This document shows positions 52,510-64,000 of a stretch of DNA of 64,000 nt, piece after piece. A model generated the notes under the pieces. It did not search any database and was not told the origin of the DNA. It saw only the letters and a program-made list of their open reading frames with translations. The DNA is from Spongospora subterranea f. sp. subterranea (Eukaryota). Both the position numbers and the translations under genes were made by a program. The DNA lies in the NCBI GenBank assembly GCA_049724395.1, contig JAUGWO010000097.1, positions 124,001 to 188,000 of the forward strand, read 5' to 3'. The first letter of the stretch is position 1. Every line of letters starts with the position of its first letter.

Positions 52510-53680
52510 ATGATTCATCGCTGGGTAGGACTTCCTTGGGCTAAATATGGGACACGAACCATGGGCACTGCTGCTAGTAGTTCCATGAACTTATTCGGGG
52601 CGGTCAACGACGCGATGAGGATCGCTTTGGAAACGGATGAGACGGCGGTGCTCTTCGGAGAGGATGTCGCTTTTGGCGGGGTCTTCCGATGCTCTATGGG
52701 TCTGCAGTATGAGATTATTGTCCATCAAAACAGCAGCTGTTATTTGATTCTGGATTAGGGAGAAGTTCGGGGGCGATCGTGTTTTCAACACTCCATTAAG
52801 CGAGCAAGGAATTGCCGGGTTTGCGATTGGGATTGCCTCAAATGGGCATACAGCCATCGCTGAAATGCAGTTTGCCGATTACATATTCCCGGCATTCGAT
52901 CAGGTGCGGTACTGCCTAATATGACCTATATGTTTTGAGGACTCATTCATATCTTAGATTGTGAACGAAGCTGCCAAATACCGGTATAGGTCTGGTAATG
53001 AGTTCAATTGCGGGAAACTAACCATCAGAGCTCCATACGGTGCTGTTGGTCATGGTGGTGTCTACCATTCGCAATCCCCTGAAGCATATTTCACACATAC
53101 CCCTGGTTTGAAAGTCGTCATTCCAAGAGGACCCAAGCAAGCTAAAGGCCTGCTATTGGCATCGATACGTGATCCTAATCCTGTAATTTTTTTTGAACCT
53201 AAGGCTCTTTATCGGGCAGCAGTTGACGATGTCCCTACCGGAGACTATACTCTACCGCTTGGGAAAGCAGAAGTCGTAAGGCCGGGTGATCATGTCACCG
53301 TTGTCGGGTACGGCGCACAAATGCGCGTTCTAACTGCAGCATGTGCAAAAGCTGAAGAAGAGCAGATTTCGTGTGAATTGATTGACCTACAGACATTATT
53401 GCCATGGGACGTCGACACTGTCCAAAAGTCGGTTGAAAAAACGGGAAGATGCGTCATAAGCCATGAGGCACCAATAACGAGCGGATTTGCCTCAGAGGTA
53501 GCTGCAACTATTCAACAAAGATGTTTTCTTCAGTTGGAGGCACCTATAACTAGGGTATGCGGGTATGATACGCCTTTCCCTTTGTCGTTCGAGAAGTTTT
53601 ACTTGCCAGACGTGCTGAAATGCTTCGAAGCCATCAAACACGTGGCAAACTATTTGATCAAGCGAAAACTGTACAATTAA
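52510..53680 (+). CDS. BCKDHB: Branched-chain 2-oxoacid dehydrogenase E1 beta subunit; 3 exons
   Basis: [73 protein letters not shown] and [10 protein letters not shown]. Confidence 0.96.
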
Positions 53681-53717
53681 TACAATTATAGTAGATTTAT
53701 TTTTAAGCAATGGTCAA

Positions 53718-56700
53718 TCAATACCTTTTGAATGTTCGTTTGTCGCATTTTTGGTCAATATCGATCAATCGGGTTCTGGCCCCGCAATTCGTACAGAATG
53801 CAAGCGAGTATATTCTACCGCAAGTTAAGCATTGCCGTTGTAAGGAACCGGAAGGTTGTTCTGAGAGTTGCGAGAATGAGAGTCGAGAAAGAAGTTTTGC
53901 TGATGATGATGGCAGTGGGGAATTGAGCATCACTTCTTTTGCCGAATTCGAAGAATGTAAACAGGAAAATACATCGCCTTCCACGGTGGGGTCATCTTTC
54001 CAGTTCAAGAGAGACTGCATCAAAGAGGTCGATTCTGAATGGGTCGAGGAGAAAATATTGATGTCCCTGTGCCCGTCAAAAGTTGATCGTATACATGTCA
54101 CAAACAGACCCGAGTTGCCAAGTTCAACAGTCTCATTGGTAAAACTGATGTTTGTTCGCGAAGACCGATAAATTTCTGGTTTCCCGTCACCTTTCTCCAG
54201 CACCAGAATACAAAGGTCGGTGGTTAGGATCAACAATCGTTCACTGTTTGTACAATTAAAACAGACCGATATTATCAGGACGAAAACTTACGATGATGGC
54301 GTGCTTCCGACTGAGGTTTGGACAATCGTCTGAAACATTAGCTTTTGCTTTGACATCAGACTTGGCGGCAAAAAAAGAATTCTGGCACATCGCAAAACAA
54401 CACTCCGATCCCGGACACGATTGATTAACAGTGCAATTCCCCCACTGAATTGCTGCAATAGATCATACGATGGATCAGATTCTACTGTCACCTCTCGGAA
54501 TAGCAGCTGATGATATGCTCGGATTCGCTGGAGAGGCATCATGCACAGATCGAAGGCGCTTAATGAAATACCAAATAGGAGACGCTGCCAATTAAATTTT
54601 TTCTGCCAAGGTCGAGCTGATACCTGCTCCAACGAATCGTAATATGAGCGGATGAATAGGCGAGAACAGCTCAAAAGAGTTGGAAAAAACCGGAGTATCC
54701 ATGTATGTAAAGTACTTCGTAATGTCCATTTGGTCAAGCGATCTTCCAGCTCACTGATCATGAGCATTTGAACTTCTATCAAAAGCCTGAAGGTTACACA
54801 AAACTCAGCGATAGCAGGAGAGATGGCTCCTCTGCCTATGGGAAGTCGAAATTCGCCGTTGCCAGTCAGACGTCCCTGCAATGAAAAAGGAGATTCATGT
54901 AGTTTGGTGGAATCAGATAAAAGGGCATCTAGATGTTGCCTCGTGATAGGCATATTTGGTGGACGGTAAACACAATCACTATTGAAACTAGGTTGATTGA
55001 CGTCATCAAACAACGAACCGAAGTAGACCTCGAACAGTTCCAACTGCAATTTGTTAGCTTGCTTCCCATTGTGAAGAAAATCGTAAAGGAAGGCAACGCG
55101 TGGGCACACAATGGTCTCTGAATTACCACAAAGACCGCAGAACCGATTGTTAACACTGTCGACCCTAAATTCATAACACGAGGAGCATTGAACTCTTGGA
55201 GGAACATTCTCAGAACCGGCTTTCTTATTTGGAGGCTTCAATAGAATATGTCTCAATTGCATTAATGGGGCAGATAAATGTGTTGGCGGTTCCAGACGAG
55301 GCACTCGACAGGTTGACTTGCTATCGAAATCGACAAGCCTAGTTAAACCCAGTTTTCTACTATGCCTCATTCGGCGTGCCTCACTACTGCCAAGTTCTCC
55401 TTTGGGAAGAGTGATCGGAGCCCAATCGTCGTCGTTTGTACTTTGGCTATCGTCAGGGCTTTCACTGCCGAGTACGCCCCGAAAATGAGCCAACTGACAA
55501 TTTCTGCAGACAACTGCTCGACCATCGACTTTATCGCTTAGAAGCGTGGCCGCGCTGAGACATGGAGCGCAACAGAGCTGTACTTGGCACCATGAACACG
55601 AAGAATAACTGGGGAATTGAACAATTCGGCTAACAGATTTCGAGCACGAAGGACAAGGTTTCGCATGCGATATTGAGAATCCACGTTTTTGCTCCAATTT
55701 GAACAATTTGCGGATGCGATGCCCTTCAAAAGGGGAACTTGCAGAAAGCACAACATGTACGTTGGGAGACCAGAACTGAATTTTTACGTCATCTTCTGAT
55801 TCACCATACATTCGAGACGAAACGATAGGTATTCGAGCTTTGTCACCACGACTACCGGTAGCCGATGAAATAATAATTTGCCGTTGATAAAACTGTAGGC
55901 GGCATTGCTCGCCGCGGTACAAGACCCACATTTCAGGCATGTCGCTGTTATAACTTGCTTCAACTGCCAACTTTTGCGCCTGCTCGACGGCCTGAGCCCA
56001 TCGGTTGGATTCAGCAGGTTGTGAACTTGATAAACGGTATAGTCGTCCATCGGGACAGAGAATCTCGATACATTTGAGTCTGTTGACAGTAATAACTTGA
56101 ATAGAACAAAAATAAAGCTCCAATACATCAAACACGAGAAGCGATGTGTGGCTAAAAGGGTCCGACCGAGATAATATCAAAACATCTGTGAAGAGGGTTG
56201 CAAATATTGGATAATCACAAAGTTCTTTTGATAGGAAAGGTCGGCGTTTGCCGGAAAGCAATTTCATGAGATTGGAAGTGTGACGCGTGTGATCATAGTC
56301 AGCAGTGATGCGATCTTTATAGCTGCATATGAGGTCACCATGTAATAACGCCATCCTTGTTGTGTTGTGTGAAAGATCAATTCCAAGAAGATGATTAAGA
56401 GAACATATCTGCTGGCGTTGACGACAATGCTCCACAGATTGTAGTATGTGCGATGTCGCACTGTCCACAAGTTTTAAGGCTCTTGATAATGGTCCATGAT
56501 CGCTATGATCAGGGGCTGTACGAGAAAGTAGCCCTTTCAGCATCATTTCGTAGTACGGCAGTCGGCAAAGCGGTGATGTAAGAATTTGCCGAGTTTTCGC
56601 TGACAAATCAGCTGATTTGAGTGCAGGAGGGACGCCAATCGCATTACTATCAGTACACCGTTCAATGGCGGCAACGACGATGCCATACCCGCATGCATAA

Positions 56701-57146
56701 GGGCGTAATAGCACCCGAACCATACCGATATTATCAGCAACTACATCTCCAATTTTTGAACTAACTTCCAACCACGAATTCTTAATTTCTTGTAATTGAT
56801 GTAAGAAGTTGGAATGGAAGTTCCTTAAGAGTTTAATTGAAGACATAAACGAGGGAATTCCTGGAAGAAGATCTGAAGAAGTCGGTACATTGCAAATCCG
56901 TTCAAGTACCGGAAAAGCTACGCGCTCAATCAAAAAATCAAGGCCAGCAAGATACTATGCACATGGAGTAATTAGTCAATGTCAGCCAATAAATAAAAAC
57001 ATCTGTCGAACCTCCCCTTCACTATCGACCCATTCATGAAGCAAGCACAGCCTTGGAGAACTGAGTTCGTCCGCCGCTTGTTCAACGCCTTCATCTTCAC
57101 CTCCGCTGCGATCCGCTGGATCCGTCGAAGAACGGTCAGAAGTCAT
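53718..57146 (-). CDS. DH-PH-FYVE-like RhoGEF (FGD-related) with a second degenerate DH-PH region; multi-exon
   Basis: DH: LHEWVDSE, FHSNFLHQL, PLCRLPYYEMMLKGLL...HSDH..L. PH: LFTDVLIL...RWAQAV. Cys-rich FYVE-like CPSC..CSWC..CCAPC..VCRNC. Second DH-like MMPLQRIRAY and LILTTDLCIL. Confidence 0.78.
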
Positions 57147-57775
57147 AATGCATTATCTAGGTGGGCGCACGAGTGACTTTGTCTATGATAGTGAAATATA
57201 TGGAGGGGGCGAAGGGGCCTCCCCCTGCACTTTGGTTGGGGTCGAGTTTGGGGCTATGAGGATTATTTGACACAGGGCCCCCGTACTTGCATTACATGAC
57301 AAGCGAACACGTTAGTTCATAGAGCGGTAGATATATGTCAACACAATCATGTGCGAACACGTCAGATTTGTGGATATTGTGCAAATATGAACATTGTACC
57401 AGAGCTGAGAGAAGTCGGCGGGCAGCCGGGCACCAAGGTCCGTGCCGTGATTTAACCAAACTGATCATCACGGCGCTCTGATCCGCGTCACCGAACCTGA
57501 TGGAAGAAGACGGGGAAGTCCATGACCATGGCCTGGGCGTATCCAGTACGAATTTAGTATTTAATACGTACACTGTTCTGAACGTGAGTGTTCTGTCGTA
57601 GGACTGCTTCGAAAGTATGCCCCGACTCCGTTTTTGATTTATCGCCAACGAAAACTTCCTCAATTGCAGAAACAAAACCCTCAAGCAAAGGTATCTTTTC
57701 ACTTTGCTTGCGCCCTCTCGATGAAATTCAGTTTTGCTGATAGATCGCGGATTTAGTAAAAATTCTCCAAGTTCA

Positions 57776-59798
57776 ATGGAAAGAAGAGGATCTGACCTCT
57801 CAAGCTCGCATTGAGTGCACTCTGGTTAGCGATATCATCAGGGGCCAGCTTCGAGAATCTTTAGTTTACTCGAGCAGTAACCAGATTTAAATACCAAACA
57901 TGATATGATTTGCTGTTAACATTAAATTTAGGTATTACTACTTGGCTTTCGAATACCAAAGATTCCAAACAGATGATGTCGGTGCTCGGTGTGCGGCCAC
58001 AGAAGTTTGACCGGCATTTGTTTTGCTTTGGTACGAACGAGACAGAGCAAACTCGTAATTTCCAAAACGCTTGGACCGCATTTTCATCAGATCATATTCC
58101 TAGCGCAATTCCTAGTTTCGCTAAGCAAAAAATCGGTAAGCATGTATCTCCAAATTTGTATTATCGTTAATCCACGTGCAGATCTTTTTTGTCTATTTCG
58201 TTCCGTAGTTTCATTAGGCGGGTTTGAACTCGTTTGTGAGCGTCAACTCTGGGATACAATAGTTTCTCGTCAAGGCCTCGACGATGCCGCCACGGCTACC
58301 GACAAAGGCGCAATTGTAGTTCTCCAGACTGCTTATTTTCGCTTTTTACTTTCAATGGAGCTTCAATATCAACATGGACAGGTTCGCTTTTGCCGTCCTT
58401 TCCGTGTCCTACATCAATTGCTTTTTAGACTGTAGATATTCCTGAAGTTTCGTCATCACCTGTAGATCCGCTTACGTCATTGCCAATCGCTAATTTTTCG
58501 CCGTCAAATTTTTCCAACAATTATTATAGACAGCCAGGTAAAACATCTTCCACAATAGATCTTCAGTTAATTTGATTCAGGTATGACTGCAATATTGTTT
58601 TCCTTTGCGCTCTCGCCATCGACCATGCGTTCTATGGGCACTGAATCAGTTACTTTTTATTTCGTATAACCAGAATCGCCCTGTCTTATTCAATGAGAAC
58701 CCTGCCCTGGTAAACAATATCGACCGTTTACATAAAAGCTCTGATTCTGGATACAGCTTGAGATTCTTGTCGCGCTCTTAGAGCGGCAATTACTCGTTAT
58801 TGACCTATCCTGCTTGGACAGCCGATCATCACGAACAAGTTTGTCACAACTGGCTTCAGACAATCAAGTCAACAATCATGCGATAACCTTCCCCAACATA
58901 ACTCCCGCCCTGCTCGTTATTATCAAAAATCTCTCGTTTATTGCTGCAAATCAATTGAGAATTGCACAGCACCATTCATGTCCATCGGATTTGCTCGATG
59001 AAGCGTTCAAGTGTCGGTACCTGTTATACTTGCATTACCCTCACCCACGATGTTTTGATGTTTAGACGACACTGCCGCAGATACTCTTCTTCTCGTCGGA
59101 CAATATTTGGATATCTCGAAGGTCTGCTTTTTGTTCGTCTTCAAAAAGGTTCTTCAACGCGTGCATAGTTCAACTTTACAAGCTTGTCTAGATGGCTGCA
59201 TAAGTGTTTGCTAGACTTGGACGATGAGGAGGGGATTATTCGCGCGTTAGAGTTTCTGGGAACTCTGACCCTGAACACAGTCAATCATAATTTACTGGCT
59301 TCACAAATGCATATTGAAGTAAGCGTTTTCAAGTAGGCAACTAATGCTTTATTTATCGTCTCTCGCGTGATAGGTTTATCACCTGTTGGTGGCGCTGCTT
59401 AGTTTTCCATCAAATGATGATGTAGTTTTGGCCGCCCTGGAGGCATTTGCGCGTTTGTCGGCAACAGGCGGTGCACCGTTTGCTGTGAGGATTGTCGCCC
59501 AAACTGATTGTATCGACAAGCTTGTCAATCTTCTTTCCAGCGGGCCCCGAGGTATGTATATGGATGTCGGTTCTGCAATTCGAATCTCAACCATTTCACA
59601 GCTAAGGAACTGGATGATATTGTTATGAGACGAACTGTCTCTACAATCATATCCGATTTATATGTCCCAGAAGAAAATCGGATGCGATTCAGGCCGTTTT
59701 TTGGTACAATTTTTAAATCAATTGGTCAATCGTACGAAGCAAGTACTATTCTTGCACCCATATTACGTGCGAGTATATTTGCCACTCTTGGACGATAA
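57776..59798 (+). CDS. ARID-domain protein with C-terminal ARM-like repeats; multi-exon
   Basis: DLFCLFRSVVSLGGFELVCERQLWDTIV...LQTAYFRFLLSME (ARID). Helical repeats such as LVALLSFPSNDDVVLAALEAFARLS follow. Confidence 0.72.
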
Positions 59799-60166
59799 GA
59801 AATAAACTATATATTGTGAGTCTTATTATGAATTCGATGCAGCGAATCCCGCGCCTACAGCACCGCCACCTTGATCCAGGGTCTTTCCATGTCCGATTAC
59901 GAAATGCCCCGACCCTACAGACGTGCTGTATCCTGGAGGCACATGACAGCAGTCAAGCGCAGTCCACACTTTGAGCACGTTCCGCAGTGACCCCTGACAG
60001 TGGCAATGGGACTGTTGTACGTACACAGTACAGTTGTACCTACCAGTAGTTTTTAACGCGCGTGCCACAACCAATTATGATTACTGATCACGCGACAAAT
60101 CACCGAACCAGTTTGAAAAATGTGACGTTCGATTCGGCGGGAAGAGACCGATCCCGGCGAAATCGG

Positions 60167-61683
60167 ATGTCTGAAGACATGCGAAAAGACGCTCGAGCGC
60201 TAATTGTGTCTGCGAAACGGGCCCGGCCTATACCACATGAAGCTGGAACGGAGCCATGCACACTTCCCATGTGTGTAGCGGCGTTGGAGCATCCACAACA
60301 TCGGTATTGCATTTGGTTTTCTCCATGTGTTTTCATAGAATTTTAACGCTGATTTCAGGTTATCGGCTTTGAAATCATTACGGCATATTCTACAAGCAGA
60401 ACCTACGCCTTCTGTTATTCCTGCGTTATCAAAAATTATCGCCAACGACAACGAAGACCCGGCGATTAGCGAAGAAGCTGTATGGTGCTTGAACGTCCTT
60501 GCCCATGGTTATGATGCGATTTCCGTTGTTGAATTCGCTCCTATCCTCCTTCATCGCTTGGTGAGCCGCTTACCTGGTAGTACAGCGGCAGCTTGGACGA
60601 TTGCTAATTTGGCAGCTGATAATCCTGGCACAAGACGCCGCCTTAGAGAACTGGGTGCTATCGACATCATTTTGACGGTTTTGCAGGAATCTCAGTCCGT
60701 CGACATGGCCAGGATTGCGGCGTGGTCATTGTGCAATCTTATTCGTGGCCATAATCATCCCGATGAGCTTAAACGCATTACCGAATCGCGATTGCCTTCA
60801 GCTCTTGTCGCTCTGGCCTCGGAGACTGTAAACAAGGGACAGATTCAAATTCTGGCTGAACTGCTATGGATTTTTACATACTTGACGGCCGGTGATTCGC
60901 AACATTCAGTATTTTTGTTGGAGCTCGGTCTGGGTCCCATTTTGTATCAAACGTTATGCCTTCCCTTCAATATGGATAACGAACGTACTGTCAAAGATTG
61001 TTATCTTGCTGCTTTGCGCTGCATTGGAAACATTGTTTGCGGCTCGGATGAACTCAATGATGCACTCCTTGAACAAAAAGGGTTTTTGTCGCATTTAGGA
61101 CGATGTCTCAGCGATGAGAACCCTGCGATTGTTAAGGAAGCGATGTGGGCAATATCGAATATTAGCGGCGGTGCTCCTTCACACGCTGTGGCCGTAATGG
61201 AACACAATCTGCTTCCGAAGATTGTGTCATTGTTCAGGACGGGTCCATTTGATGTCAAGAAAGAATGCGGCTTTGCGCTATACAACCTTGCAAGGATCGA
61301 GATGTTTGCAGAGCGGGTCTGGAATTGCCAAGTCATAGATGTGTTTTTAGGATTAATGAGGTTCGATTCACACGTTTCGCTATCGTGAATCCGACTCTCG
61401 TCTTTACAGGACTCAGGATGCCGACTGCGCCGAGCTTGGGCTTAAATTTATTAAGCTGGCACTAAATCACGTACCTGGGAATGCTGTTATCCAGGCGTTA
61501 CGCAATAACGACGGTCAGGCAGTTTTGGAAGATCTGAGGCTGATTCGTGAAGACCTGCAACCAGAGGCGAATGAGATAATTGACCAGTATCTTGAGCCTT
61601 ATGAAGATGAAATTTCGGAACCAATTCACCGTTTTGAACCGACTCCCGACTATCCAGCATGGCGAACTGGTGGTAAACAATGA
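60167..61683 (+). CDS. Importin-alpha-like armadillo repeat protein; multi-exon
   Basis: Basic IBB-like start (RKDARALIVSAKRAR). ARM repeats with WxxxN: EAVWCLNVLA, AAWTIANLAAD, AAWSLCNL and KEAMWAISNI. Confidence 0.85.
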
Positions 61684-61736
61684 TAAACTCTTCGAATAAG
61701 TATGAGAAAGGTTTCAGTACATTCAATAGCGGGGGT

Positions 61737-64000
<2,264 letters not shown>

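Overview
This is eukaryotic nuclear DNA from a very compact, intron-rich protist genome. Introns are mostly ~50-60 nt GT-AG and several convergent genes lie only 40-130 bp apart. A flagellar gene (CFAP299) and an LEA-like gene are present, which fits a zoosporic organism with resting spores such as a plasmodiophorid (inference only). About 20 mostly spliced genes are supported: a membrane-anchored KP-43-type subtilase, PP2C, U2SURP, thiolase, RING-H2, EF-hand/WD40, LEA-like, CFAP299, BTB, ADP1-like ABCG, NRDE2, Dpy-30-motif, THOC2, DHHC, BCKDHB, DH-PH-FYVE RhoGEF, ARID, importin-alpha-like and PRP43/DHX15. Non-genic features are two long minisatellites (23-bp and 52-bp units), a decayed Ty1/copia RT-RNase H, a ~345-bp foldback and a probable small TIR element. 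The best novel candidate is an intronless, apparently secreted protein (17037-17630). It resembles the propeptide of the subtilase 13 kb away and stops exactly at the predicted propeptide/mature junction, suggesting a stand-alone protease inhibitor or chaperone. Boundaries of spliced genes were estimated by eye.
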